Shown here piece by piece: positions 41,786-52,392 of a stretch of DNA of 64,000 nt. A program made the translations under genes and the position numbers. Origin of the DNA: Bacteroidia bacterium (lineage in GTDB: Bacteria > Bacteroidota > Bacteroidia > Bacteroidales > VadinHA17); contig JAPLDX010000051.1 in assembly GCA_026391215.1 (NCBI GenBank), forward strand, positions 1 to 64,000, written 5' to 3'. The notes under the pieces were generated by a model that made no database searches, was not told the DNA's origin, and saw only the letters and a program-made list of their open reading frames with translations. How positions within the stretch are numbered: the stretch's first letter is position 1; every line of letters starts with the position of its first letter.

Positions 41786-42571
41786 TTATGATATTTTTTT
41801 AACTCTTTTTTCGATCTTCTTTCTGATTTTATCATAAGATGGAGCCGGTCCAATCGAAACTTCTTTTCCGTCGATATAAAGGGAATCTATGATCCCCCAT
41901 TCTTTTACATCCTCTCTGTCGATAGTGTCAAATTCCTGAAGGTTGATTTTCCCTGGGAATTCCTGGCAAGCCCTCTTTGCCCGCTCGCATGCAATATTTA
42001 CTGTCTGGCACCAACCGTTCCTGAACATTGTAACATTTACTTTTCCATCTCCTTTTCCGGGCTGCTTTATGATTTTCATGAATTTCGGAGGTTCTGCTTT
42101 TTCGTTGAAAGGTTTCCAGAGCATTCTCATGATCCCGGCTTTGTTAGCAGTTTTATATCCCTGTTTTCTGAACCATGATGCGCGCATAAAGACCGGGATC
42201 GCGAGACCCCAGGTTACAAGTCCGTCTGCTCCAAGCTGTCTTACATCCTCTTCTGCAGCTTTCAGAAGGGCTTTTCCCATTCCCTGTTTACGGTAATCAC
42301 CGCGTCCCATTTTATGTCCGTGTACCCATATACAAAGGACCACATATAAGTTTTTCCCTTCAAATGTTGAATATTCGATTGGGACATACTGTATCATGCC
42401 TGCAATGACTCCCTTATCGTCCTGGACGAATTTTACTCTAAGGCCTTTTTCTTTCATTTTGTTATACCATTTCTGCTTCTGGTCTCCGGCTTCCTTCATT
42501 TCTTCCGAATATTCTTCAAGACAGCAGAAATACTGATTTTCAGTTTCGGGGGTGATGTCGACGATTTTCAT
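41786..42571 (-). CDS. GNAT acetyltransferase with C-terminal thioredoxin-like domain
   Basis: RKQGMGKALL acetyl-CoA motif; GWCQTVNIAC...LYIDGKE C-domain. Confidence 0.8.
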   Translation of the reverse strand: MKIVDITPETENQYFCCLEEYSEEMKEAGDQKQKWYNKMKEKGLRVKFVQDDKGVIAGMIQYVPIEYSTFEGKNLYVVLCIWVHGHKMGRGDYRKQGMGKALLKAAEEDVRQLGADGLVTWGLAIPVFMRASWFRKQGYKTANKAGIMRMLWKPFNEKAEPPKFMKIIKQPGKGDGKVNVTMFRNGWCQTVNIACERAKRACQEFPGKINLQEFDTIDREDVKEWGIIDSLYIDGKEVSIGPAPSYDKIRKKIEKRVKKIS

Positions 42572-42645
42572 GGCAAAAAATTTCTTTTAATATAGAAATA
42601 ATATTGAAGTATTAAAAGCAATTTTCTATATTTCTTAGAAATTAA

Positions 42646-44139
42646 ATGATTGATATGAGATCAAATATGTTATTGCATCTACAAAAGATTTTTTACGGTC
42701 TGGTATTATTGTTAATCACAATCATAAACCATAACTGCACTAAATCATCAAGAACCGATAGAAGGGATTTCGATTTAGTCATTCTGAATGGAAGAGTCAT
42801 AGATCCTGAATCTGACTTTGATGGAATAAGGAATATTGGTATCAGTGACGCGAAAATCCAACTGATTACAGATAAAGTTATTACAGGCAAACAAGTAATT
42901 GATGCTAAAGGACTTGTTGTCTCACCTGGATTCATAGATATACATCAGCACGGCCAGGACCAGGAGAACTATCGATACAAAGTAATGGATGGAGTAACAA
43001 CGGCGCTGGAGCTTGAGATGGGCACATCAGATGTTGATAAATGGTACAGCGAACGGGAGAATAAATCAATAATTAATCATGGTGTAAGTATTGGTCATAT
43101 TCCTTTACGTATAGATCTCATGCACGATCCGGGAGGTTTTGCACCGGTAGAAGATGCAGCCTACAAGGAAGCTTCAGATGAAGAGACTGAACAATTAAAG
43201 AAAGGGATTGAGTATGGATTAAATCGCGGAGCTCTTGGCGTCGGACTGGGATTGATGTATACTCCTGCAGCATCGCGGTGGGAAATCCTTGAAATGTTCC
43301 GGGTGGCTGCCAGGTATAATGCTCCATGTATTGTCCATATGCGTTATGCAGGATTGAAAGAGCCTAACAGCTGCATTGCCGCACTTGAAGAGGTTATATC
43401 AGCCTCTGCCATTACAGGTGCACCTCTTCATGTGGTTCATGTTACAAGCATCGGATTCAGCCAGACACCGATGATGCTTCAGATGATCTCTGAAGCACAG
43501 TCACGGGGACTGGATGTCTCGGTTGAGTGTTATCCCTATCCTGCAACGCAGACGCTTATTGAATCAGCCATTTATGATGGCGACTGGCGAGGTTCCTGGG
43601 GAATTGATTATAGCGACCTGCAGTGGATCGCAACTGGTGAAAGGCTGACAGAGGAAAGCTTTGCTAAATACAGGAAGACCGGCGGGATGGTGATTGCACA
43701 TTCAATACCTGAGGCAGTTGTGAAATCAACAATTGCAAATCCGGATGTTATTATAGCGAGTGACGGGATGTTGTCAGAAGGGAAAGGTCATCCCCGGGGT
43801 GTAGGTTCATTTTCCAGGTTGCTGGGTAAATATGTGAGGGAAGAAAATATTATTTCACTTAATGAAGGCTTGAAAAAGATCACAATTATGCCTGCAGTGA
43901 GATTTGAAAAGATAGCCCCGGCATTCAAAAACAAGGGTCGTATATGTATTGGAGCTGATGCTGATATTACGATTTTCGATCCTGATAAAATCATTGATCA
44001 GGCTACTTATGAGGAGCCTGCGCGGTTTTCGAAAGGAGTTCATTATGTAATTGTTAATGGGGTTGTTGTTGTGAGGGAAGGTAATTCATTAGATGGTATA
44101 TTTCCCGGCAGGGGAGTCAGAGGATTGGTCAGGGATTGA
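42646..44139 (+). CDS. N-acyl-D-amino-acid deacylase family amidohydrolase
   Basis: PGFIDIHQH, IASDG, HPRGVGSFSR, GADADITIFDP. Confidence 0.88.
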   Translation: MIDMRSNMLLHLQKIFYGLVLLLITIINHNCTKSSRTDRRDFDLVILNGRVIDPESDFDGIRNIGISDAKIQLITDKVITGKQVIDAKGLVVSPGFIDIHQHGQDQENYRYKVMDGVTTALELEMGTSDVDKWYSERENKSIINHGVSIGHIPLRIDLMHDPGGFAPVEDAAYKEASDEETEQLKKGIEYGLNRGALGVGLGLMYTPAASRWEILEMFRVAARYNAPCIVHMRYAGLKEPNSCIAALEEVISASAITGAPLHVVHVTSIGFSQTPMMLQMISEAQSRGLDVSVECYPYPATQTLIESAIYDGDWRGSWGIDYSDLQWIATGERLTEESFAKYRKTGGMVIAHSIPEAVVKSTIANPDVIIASDGMLSEGKGHPRGVGSFSRLLGKYVREENIISLNEGLKKITIMPAVRFEKIAPAFKNKGRICIGADADITIFDPDKIIDQATYEEPARFSKGVHYVIVNGVVVVREGNSLDGIFPGRGVRGLVRD

Positions 44140-44303
44140 TTATGGTGAAAGTTTTACCAGCCTAAGCCCCTATTACCTGGGGCGATGCCAGATTGCGAGT
44201 TGCATGTTGCAGATGCAAAGCTGGAATTCGTATTTTCCCTGAAAATTAAATATGAGAAAATGAATTTTCGTGGAAAAGTTATTATCTTTGTGAAAAGCCG
44301 GGG

Positions 44304-45467
44304 ATGATAACACGTTCACTTACAGATGATATCATTAAATATTTGAATCACTTCCCTGCCGTGGCTATTATCGGCCCGCGACAGGCAGGCAAAACCACCC
44401 TTGCCAAATATATAGCCACAAAAATTAAAAAGGAATCAACCTATCTGGATCTTGAAAGGATGGAAGATCTTATCAAGCTTAACAATCCGGCTGCATATCT
44501 TGAAAAAAGAAAAGATGAATGCGTCATACTAGATGAAATCCAGAGGAGGCCTGAACTTTTTCCTGAAATGAGATCGTTGATTGACCGGCACAGAATACCA
44601 GGCAGGTTCCTTATTCTTGGGAGTGCCGGTCCTGCCCTGATGCGACAAAGTTCGGAATCGCTGGCAGGCCGGATTGTTTATGTTGAATTAACGCCTTTTA
44701 CTATTACAGAAATAGGTGAAAAGGATATTGAAAATCTTTGGATAAGGGGTGGATTTCCGGAGTCATTTTTATGTCGGGATGAGAAAGCCAGGAGTAAATG
44801 GCAGAATTCATTTATTTCCACATATATTGAACGTGATTTGCCTATGCTTGGACTAATTACTTCGACATTACAATTGAGTACATTTTTCAGAATGGTATCG
44901 GGTATACAGGGTAATATTCTTAACGTCCAGGCGCTTTCGCGATCTCTTGGAGTGACAGCTACTACAATAAACCGATATCTGGATTATCTGGAGAAGTCAT
45001 TTCTTATCAGACGGTTATCTCCATTTTATATGAATATTAAAAAGAGACTTGTTAAATCTCCTAAAATCTATCTCAGGGATACAGGTATTCTGCATTCTTT
45101 ATTGGGCATTTCTTCTGCAAGACAATTATGGGACAATATCAATATAGGAGTGTCTTGGGAGTCATTTGTTATTGAGCAGGTTATAGCAATAATGGACAAA
45201 GATATGCAAGCCTGGTTCTATCGTACTCATGAGGGAACGGAATGTGATCTGCTATTGACAAGAGCTGATAAACCGGTAGCATCAATTGAAATAAAAATAT
45301 CCCTGGTCCCAAAAAGAACTAAAAGCATGACTCATTCAATAAAAGATCTTAAGACAGAACAAAATTTTATTATTGTCCCCAGATGTGATGAATCATTCAA
45401 AATCAGCGAAAATATAACTGTTTGCCGGCTTAAAGACTTCGTGGATAATTATCTTCCAAAGATTTAA
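44304..45467 (+). CDS. AAA ATPase with DUF4143 domain
   Basis: GPRQAGKTT, LDEIQ, ESLAGR, RGGFP, KSPKIYLRDTG, ECD...IEIK; TATCTTTG promoter element at 44283. Confidence 0.9.
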   Translation: MITRSLTDDIIKYLNHFPAVAIIGPRQAGKTTLAKYIATKIKKESTYLDLERMEDLIKLNNPAAYLEKRKDECVILDEIQRRPELFPEMRSLIDRHRIPGRFLILGSAGPALMRQSSESLAGRIVYVELTPFTITEIGEKDIENLWIRGGFPESFLCRDEKARSKWQNSFISTYIERDLPMLGLITSTLQLSTFFRMVSGIQGNILNVQALSRSLGVTATTINRYLDYLEKSFLIRRLSPFYMNIKKRLVKSPKIYLRDTGILHSLLGISSARQLWDNINIGVSWESFVIEQVIAIMDKDMQAWFYRTHEGTECDLLLTRADKPVASIEIKISLVPKRTKSMTHSIKDLKTEQNFIIVPRCDESFKISENITVCRLKDFVDNYLPKI

Positions 45468-45532
45468 TTTACGAACGCAGGTTCCCGCAGGTTAATTGTT
45501 TATCCCCACCCGCATATCATAAATAATACATT

Positions 45533-45603
45533 TTCTCCACTTCTCCCCTTCACCCCTTCTCGCCCTCTCCCCCTCCTTCTTTTTCTTCCCAACATCCTCT
45601 CCT
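45533..45603. repeat. 8-bp-period pyrimidine tract; G-quadruplex motif on the minus strand
   Basis: TTCTCCAC TTCTCCCC TTCACCCC TTCTCGCC CTCTCCCC. Confidence 0.65.
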
Positions 45604-45686
45604 TATAGTCAAATAAATTATAATAAACTTGTTATCAGCAGAAAATTGTCGTAAATTTTCTAGATATTTTCTTGGACCTGATAGTT

Positions 45687-48600
45687 ATGAAAAGAATTCT
45701 TCAAAAAAGGCAGATTTTAATCTGCTTCTTAATTCTGCTGACAATAGATCTCTGGCCCCAGACTTTTACAGATTCAGGGATTTCACTGCCAGGAGTAAGC
45801 AGCAGTTCAGTAGCCTGGGGCGATTATGATAATGACGGTGATCAGGATATATTATTGAGTGGACAATCAGCTTCCGGATACATTTCCAAAATCTACCGTA
45901 ACGAAGGCAGTAATATCTTTACTGAACAAACCGGCATTTCTTTGACCGGTGTTACAACCGGTTCAGTTTCCTGGGCTGATTATGATAATGACGGCGATCA
46001 GGATATCTTATTAACAGGCTGGTTCACAGGTAGCTACCTGGCCAGAATCTGGCGAAATAATGGAGACAACACTTTTACTGAACAATCGGACATTTCTCTG
46101 ACTGGTGTATCAAACAGTTCAGCTGCCTGGGCTGATTATGATAATGATGGCGATCTTGATCTTCTTGTGGCAGGTAATGGACCATTGGGACTTTCCCCAA
46201 GAATTTACCGTAATAATGGCAATAATACCTTTGCTGAAGAAACGGGTATTTCGTTGTCAGGTGCTTCTTCCGGTTCAGTAGCCTGGGGCGATTATGATAA
46301 TGATGGAGATCTGGATATTTTAATGTCAGGCGCGTCAGAATCAGGCTATATTACTAAAATCTACCTCAATAATGGGAATAATTCCTTTACTGAACAAACT
46401 GGAATTTCTTTAACTGGCGTTAATTTTGGCTCAGTAGCCTGGGGGGATTATGACAATGATGGCAATCTGGATATCCTGTTAACCGGCCAACAGCCCTCAG
46501 GAGCTGTTTCCAAAATCTACCATAATAACGGTAACAGTACATTTACAGAACAGACTGGCATCTCTTTAAAAAATGTTGATTTAAGTTCAGTAGCCTGGGG
46601 TGATTACAATAATGATGGCAACATGGATATTTTATTGACAGGTGAATCAGATTCGGGCCGTGTTTCAAAAATCTATTGTAATAATGGGGATAATACATTT
46701 ACCGAATTAACCGGTATTTCTTTGGCAGGTGTATATCAGAGTGCCTGTGCCTGGGGTGATTATGATAATGATGGAGATCTTGATATTTTACTTACAGGAA
46801 AGGACGAAAATGATAACATCATTTCAAAAATCTACCGCAACAATATAGTTACCGCAAACACAAGACCTTCTGCACCGGCCAATCTTCAAACTGTCGTAAA
46901 TAATGGAATTGTTACCTTTAAATGGGACAAAGCTACAGATAGTCAGACTCCTGCTGATGGATTAAGCTATAACCTGTATGTGTATGAATCGGGACAAAGC
47001 AATTACAAGTGTCCGCCACATGCATTCAGGGAAAGTGATGCCTTAAACGGAATGCGTCTGATCTCTAAAAACGGAAACATACAATGGAATGCAAACGGAT
47101 ATACTCTAAAAGATCTTGCCCCTGATAAAACCTATTACTGGTCTGTGCAGGCAATAGATGGTGGTTTTCTGGGCGGCAATTTCGCCGCTGAACAAAGTTT
47201 TACTGTTCCCTTATTTCGGCCTCATGAACAGGCAAATTGCATAAAGGTTACAAATATTCAGGACAATCAGGCTACTGTAACCTGGGCAGGAGGAGGAGGT
47301 ACAAAACGGGCTTTGTTTATAAAACCGGCTACCAGTGGCACTGCGGACCCTGTTGACAATACAACTTATGATATAAACAGTCTGACACCCGGTGGATGGG
47401 AATGCGTTTATAATGGTACTGAATGTACTACTGTTATCACCGGTTTGACTGTCAATACCGATTATATGATTCAGGTTGTTGAATATAACGGAACCACTGG
47501 GAACGAGATGTATTTGACTACGACAGATATCAAAAATCCTGCGTCCTTTAGCACTGTTTTTACTGAGCAATCCGGGATTGCATTACGACCTACCACAAAC
47601 ACTGCTGCGTCCTGGGGTGATTATGATAATGATGAATATCTGGATATATTATTATCGGGTTTTACTTATGATGGCTGTCGTTCGATGATATTCCGAAATA
47701 ATGGTGATAACACTTTTACCGAACAAACTGGTATTGAAATGGAAGGTGTTACATACAGTTCTGCTGCATGGGGTGATTATGATAATGATAGCTTGTTGGA
47801 TGTATTGTTAACAGGACTTCAATGGGCTAGTCCGAGTCCTTTTTATTATTCTAAAATCTATAAAAATAATGGTGACAACACTTTTACGGAACAGAAAGGT
47901 ATTTCGTTGCCAGGTGTTATTTCTGGTTCAGTAGCATGGGGTGATTATGATAAAGATGGCTTCCAGGATTTCTTATTGACCGGTCAGACTTCTTCAGGTT
48001 ATATATCCAAAATATACAGAAATAATCAGGATAATACTTTTACAGAACAAAAAGGCATTTCCTTAACCGGTGTCTGGTTAAGTTCTGTTTCCTGGGGCGA
48101 TTATGACAATGATGGTAATCTTGACATACTCTTAACTGGCGCTGCAGGTTCAGGGCCGATATCTAAAATCTATCGTAACAACGGCAATAATACATTTACT
48201 GAACAAACCGGCATTTCACTCCAGCGTGTTCAGAATAGTTCAGCAGCCTGGGGTGATTATGATAATGATGGATATCTGGATATTCTACTTACAGGTACTA
48301 ATCTTGTTAATTATTCTAAGATTTACCATAATAACGGCGATAATACCTTTACTGAACTGACAGGAATTTCATTAATAAGTGTTTCATCTGGCTCCGCCGC
48401 CTGGGGTGATTATGATAATGACGGAGACCTGGATGTTTTATTGACCGGTAATTCCAGCTCCGGATCTGTTTCCAAAATATACCGTAACAATGGCGATAAT
48501 ACTTTTAATGACCAAACCAATATTTTATTTCCTGGTGTGAGTGCAAGTTCAGTAGCATGGGGCGATTATGATAATGATGGAGATCTTGACCTTCTGATAA

Positions 48601-51600
48601 CAGGACAAGAAGCTACAAATAATTTTATTTCTAAGGTTTACAAGAATAATTGCACGCAAACCAATAAAAATCCCGATCAGCCAAAGAATCTAAGTTATGA
48701 AATCAGGAATAAAGATGCTCTCCTGAAATGGGACAGAGTTACCACTGATGAAACCTCCACTAAATCCTTAACCTATAATATCAGAGTGGGCAGAAAAAGC
48801 GGATCTTCAGAAGTTGTTTCACCTCAGGCTGCTTCTGGCGGATTCAGACGAGTTGCAGCAATGGGAAATAATCAGCTGGATACGATTTTCACTTTTAAAA
48901 ACCTGCGTTGGGATACAACTTATTATGCAAGCGTACAGGCTGTGGATAATTCATTTAAAGGCGGACCATTTTCAGATGAGGTACATTTTAAAATTAGTCC
49001 GGTTCAACCCTCACAACTATCTGCAACCCACATAAGCAACAGTTCTGTCTTACTTAAGTGGAAAAGGGGAAATGGCGATCGCTGCATTGTTTTTGCGAAA
49101 GAAGGTAACAACGGGACATCTAATCCTCTAAACAATACAACCTTCTATGCTAACTCAGTATTCGGTGAAGGATCACCTCTTGGCACTGGATGGTATTGTA
49201 TTTACAAGGGTGAGGCAGATTCAGTTTTGCTTAGTGGGTTAAATCCGCAAATTAATTACATTATTCATGCTATTGAATTTCAGGGCAAAGTTGGTTCAGA
49301 GATTTATGCTAAAACGGTAACCACTGAAAATATTTTTATTTTTAGTGCAGGATTATTCACTGAACAAGCCAATATTGTAATTACAGGTGTTCAGCAGGGT
49401 TCAGTTGCCTGGGGAGATTATGATAATGACGGTTTCACTGATTTTTTGTTGACCGGACAAGATACAGCAGGCAACTTTGTTTCAAAAATCTATCGCAATA
49501 ATGGAGATAATACTTTTACTGAGCAAACTACTGTCTCATTACCGGGTGTGATAAATAGTTCAGTTGCATGGGGTGATTTTAACAACGATGGATATCTGGA
49601 TATTTTATTGACTGGTTTCACAAAGACAATCTCACCCTGGACAGGAATTTCAAAAATATTTAAAAACAATGGTGATAACACTTTTTCAGAACAAACCGGA
49701 TTATCATTAAAAGGTGTCTCTACCAGTTCGGCTGCATTGGGTGATTATGACAATGATGGTTACCTGGACATTTTACTGACTGGTTATTCAGGTTCAAACG
49801 GGATCTCAAAAATATATCATAACAATGGAGATGATACTTTTACAGAACAAACAACAGTATCATTAACTGGAGTTCAATTAAGCTCGACTGCCTGGGGCGA
49901 TTATGATTCAGACGGTTATCTTGATATCCTGCTAGCCGGATCAGATGCAAATTATCCTAATTACAATCCTATAACAAAGATATACCACAACAACGGGGAC
50001 AATACTTTTACCCCATTGACCGGAGTTTCTCTCAGAGGTTTATATCAAGGATCTGTTTCCTGGTGCGACTATAACAACGACTGTAAACAGGATATTCTAT
50101 TGACCGGCTATAGTTATTCGACGTGGACTGGTATTGCTAAAATATACAAGAATGATGGCAGCAATTCCTTTACAGAACAAACCGGCATTTCATTAACAGG
50201 AGTTTATTTGAGCTCTGCTGCCTGGGGCGATTATGACAACGATGGCTATCCGGACATATTGCTGACCGGAACTGCTGAAAAATGGCCAAATTACAATCCG
50301 GTTTCCAAAATCTATCACAATAATGGTGACAATACTTTTTCAGAACAAACCGGTATGTCTCTGGCCGGAGTTTATAACAGTAGTGTTGCCTGGAGTGATT
50401 ACGATAACGACGGCGACCTGGACATTCTGCTGGCAGGACTGGATGAGAATGGCAGTGCAATTTCCAGGCTATATCGTAACAACCTGATTATGAAGGCAGG
50501 AGTAAGTAAGTCTAATGTCCGGCCCGATGCTCCAACAGGATTGTCAAGTTCTGTAACCCCTGGAAATATAAAGGTGACATGGATCCCTGTCAGTAACGAT
50601 GAAACTCCAGCCAAAACCATGAGCTATAATCTGAGATATAAATTTAAAAATGAAACCCGATGGAAATTTGCACCAGAGGCAGAAGAAAATGGTTACAGGG
50701 GCATTCCGGCAATGGGGAATATTCAATTAAATAAAAGTTTTAACCTTAGAAACTTACCATCCGGAACTTATTACTGGCAGATCCAGGCTGTTGACCAGGG
50801 ATATGCCGGAGGAGTATGGTCAGCCGTTGATTCATTTGTTGTAAGAAATACTCAGGCTTTCTTTAATGCTGATACTGTGTGCCAGGGATTACCTACAAAC
50901 TTTACGGACCAGTCTGTTTCTGAAGATGGAATTGCCTCATGGAAATGGGATTTCAATGACGGGACAACATCAGTCATCCAAAACCCATCACACATCTTTC
51001 CCGCAGGGGGGGCATACAATGTTAAGCTGGTTATTACAAGTAATGCCGGGATAAAAGATTCTCTTGAAAAAAGTATTATTGTCAAATTTAAACCTGTAAC
51101 AGGATTTAATGCTCTGACAACATGCCAGGGGACTCCTACAGCAATCACCAATAACACTATTATTAACGGACTGACCATAACTACCTGGGAATGGGACTTT
51201 GGTGACGGACAGTCATCGACAATCCAACAGCCTGCGGCTCATGGATTTCTAAATGCAGGGGATTACTCTATTAAATTGAAAGCTGTAGCGGATAACGGAT
51301 GTGCTGATTCGACAAAAAAAACAGTTACTGTAGGGAGTTATCCGATTGCTGCTATTACGACCAGTTCTTCCCTCACGTTTTGTGAAGGTGATAGTATAGT
51401 CCTGTCTGTTGGGAATAACAGCAATTATTTCTATCAGTGGCTGATAGAAGGTACAGGGATCACAAATGGTGATTCAAGCAGTTATGTTGCAAAATCGTCA
51501 GGTAAATATTCGGTTGAAGTAGTGAATCTGAAAGGCAACTGCAAAACGACATCATCGGAAGTTACGGTGACTGCAAAGGACACGCCTTACAAGCCTGTAC

Positions 51601-52370
51601 TTGCATCCCCGGACTACCAACAGGGGAGATGTCCGGGAGTAGATCCTGTAAGGCTGAGTGCAGATCAGTCAGTTACCGGTTATCACTATCTGTGGTACAA
51701 AGACGGGCAGCCGCGGCTAAACGATACTTTATCATATCTGGATCTGTATGAAAAGGGTCTTTACAGGCTGGAAGCAAACCTGAAAGGATGCAAAGCTGAA
51801 TCGGGGATCTTTACTATTGATTTTCCTGACGCTCCTGTAAAGCCGTTACTGTATGTCAGGGGGCCGGTAGTATGGTATATGGCATCGAGTAACAATAACG
51901 CGGATTATTACAGGTGGTACCGAAACAATGAGCTGATAACGGGTGCGAACAGGTTCATTTATGTAGCAAACAAGACGTTGGGGACATATAAGGTTGCAAT
52001 AGGCAATGAATCGGAATGTTTTACGTTTAGTGATGAAATCGCCATTCCTATCTCCAAATCAGAAATGACCAATTTCTATATTCCCAAAGAATACCTGGTT
52101 GGAGAAGATATTGATCTTTTCGAAAGCCTGAAGATATATCCCAATCCTACCCCTGGAGTATTTACAATAGACATGAATAATGATGTATTTGGAGAATTAT
52201 CAGTTGATATCCTCTCCGAACAGGGGAAAGACATACTTAATATCAAATTCGATAAAACAACTGAGCATTTCTCAAGAGAGATTGATATGAGCGGGCAACC
52301 TGAAGGACTTTATATCCTTAATCTGTTCATTGATAAGTATTTCGCAACGAGGAAAGTAATAGTAGAGTAA
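45687..52370 (+). CDS. Giant T9SS-secreted FG-GAP/VCBS-repeat protein with FN3, PKD and Ig-like domains
   Basis: 21 WGDYDNDGxxD-type repeats in three blocks of 7, FN3-like spacers, two PKD (WKWDFNDG, WEWDFGDG), CTD KIYPNP...GLYIL...RKVIVE. Confidence 0.92.
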   Translation: MKRILQKRQILICFLILLTIDLWPQTFTDSGISLPGVSSSSVAWGDYDNDGDQDILLSGQSASGYISKIYRNEGSNIFTEQTGISLTGVTTGSVSWADYDNDGDQDILLTGWFTGSYLARIWRNNGDNTFTEQSDISLTGVSNSSAAWADYDNDGDLDLLVAGNGPLGLSPRIYRNNGNNTFAEETGISLSGASSGSVAWGDYDNDGDLDILMSGASESGYITKIYLNNGNNSFTEQTGISLTGVNFGSVAWGDYDNDGNLDILLTGQQPSGAVSKIYHNNGNSTFTEQTGISLKNVDLSSVAWGDYNNDGNMDILLTGESDSGRVSKIYCNNGDNTFTELTGISLAGVYQSACAWGDYDNDGDLDILLTGKDENDNIISKIYRNNIVTANTRPSAPANLQTVVNNGIVTFKWDKATDSQTPADGLSYNLYVYESGQSNYKCPPHAFRESDALNGMRLISKNGNIQWNANGYTLKDLAPDKTYYWSVQAIDGGFLGGNFAAEQSFTVPLFRPHEQANCIKVTNIQDNQATVTWAGGGGTKRALFIKPATSGTADPVDNTTYDINSLTPGGWECVYNGTECTTVITGLTVNTDYMIQVVEYNGTTGNEMYLTTTDIKNPASFSTVFTEQSGIALRPTTNTAASWGDYDNDEYLDILLSGFTYDGCRSMIFRNNGDNTFTEQTGIEMEGVTYSSAAWGDYDNDSLLDVLLTGLQWASPSPFYYSKIYKNNGDNTFTEQKGISLPGVISGSVAWGDYDKDGFQDFLLTGQTSSGYISKIYRNNQDNTFTEQKGISLTGVWLSSVSWGDYDNDGNLDILLTGAAGSGPISKIYRNNGNNTFTEQTGISLQRVQNSSAAWGDYDNDGYLDILLTGTNLVNYSKIYHNNGDNTFTELTGISLISVSSGSAAWGDYDNDGDLDVLLTGNSSSGSVSKIYRNNGDNTFNDQTNILFPGVSASSVAWGDYDNDGDLDLLITGQEATNNFISKVYKNNCTQTNKNPDQPKNLSYEIRNKDALLKWDRVTTDETSTKSLTYNIRVGRKSGSSEVVSPQAASGGFRRVAAMGNNQLDTIFTFKNLRWDTTYYASVQAVDNSFKGGPFSDEVHFKISPVQPSQLSATHISNSSVLLKWKRGNGDRCIVFAKEGNNGTSNPLNNTTFYANSVFGEGSPLGTGWYCIYKGEADSVLLSGLNPQINYIIHAIEFQGKVGSEIYAKTVTTENIFIFSAGLFTEQANIVITGVQQGSVAWGDYDNDGFTDFLLTGQDTAGNFVSKIYRNNGDNTFTEQTTVSLPGVINSSVAWGDFNNDGYLDILLTGFTKTISPWTGISKIFKNNGDNTFSEQTGLSLKGVSTSSAALGDYDNDGYLDILLTGYSGSNGISKIYHNNGDDTFTEQTTVSLTGVQLSSTAWGDYDSDGYLDILLAGSDANYPNYNPITKIYHNNGDNTFTPLTGVSLRGLYQGSVSWCDYNNDCKQDILLTGYSYSTWTGIAKIYKNDGSNSFTEQTGISLTGVYLSSAAWGDYDNDGYPDILLTGTAEKWPNYNPVSKIYHNNGDNTFSEQTGMSLAGVYNSSVAWSDYDNDGDLDILLAGLDENGSAISRLYRNNLIMKAGVSKSNVRPDAPTGLSSSVTPGNIKVTWIPVSNDETPAKTMSYNLRYKFKNETRWKFAPEAEENGYRGIPAMGNIQLNKSFNLRNLPSGTYYWQIQAVDQGYAGGVWSAVDSFVVRNTQAFFNADTVCQGLPTNFTDQSVSEDGIASWKWDFNDGTTSVIQNPSHIFPAGGAYNVKLVITSNAGIKDSLEKSIIVKFKPVTGFNALTTCQGTPTAITNNTIINGLTITTWEWDFGDGQSSTIQQPAAHGFLNAGDYSIKLKAVADNGCADSTKKTVTVGSYPIAAITTSSSLTFCEGDSIVLSVGNNSNYFYQWLIEGTGITNGDSSSYVAKSSGKYSVEVVNLKGNCKTTSSEVTVTAKDTPYKPVLASPDYQQGRCPGVDPVRLSADQSVTGYHYLWYKDGQPRLNDTLSYLDLYEKGLYRLEANLKGCKAESGIFTIDFPDAPVKPLLYVRGPVVWYMASSNNNADYYRWYRNNELITGANRFIYVANKTLGTYKVAIGNESECFTFSDEIAIPISKSEMTNFYIPKEYLVGEDIDLFESLKIYPNPTPGVFTIDMNNDVFGELSVDILSEQGKDILNIKFDKTTEHFSREIDMSGQPEGLYILNLFIDKYFATRKVIVE

Positions 52371-52392
52371 AAAGATGTTCCGCGTTCCTTGT

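Noticed and set aside
45750-50480. Regularly spaced GCCTGGGGCGATTATGATAATGA repeats resembling a CRISPR array
   Set aside because: Degenerate at codon third positions, in frame within one CDS, no cas genes
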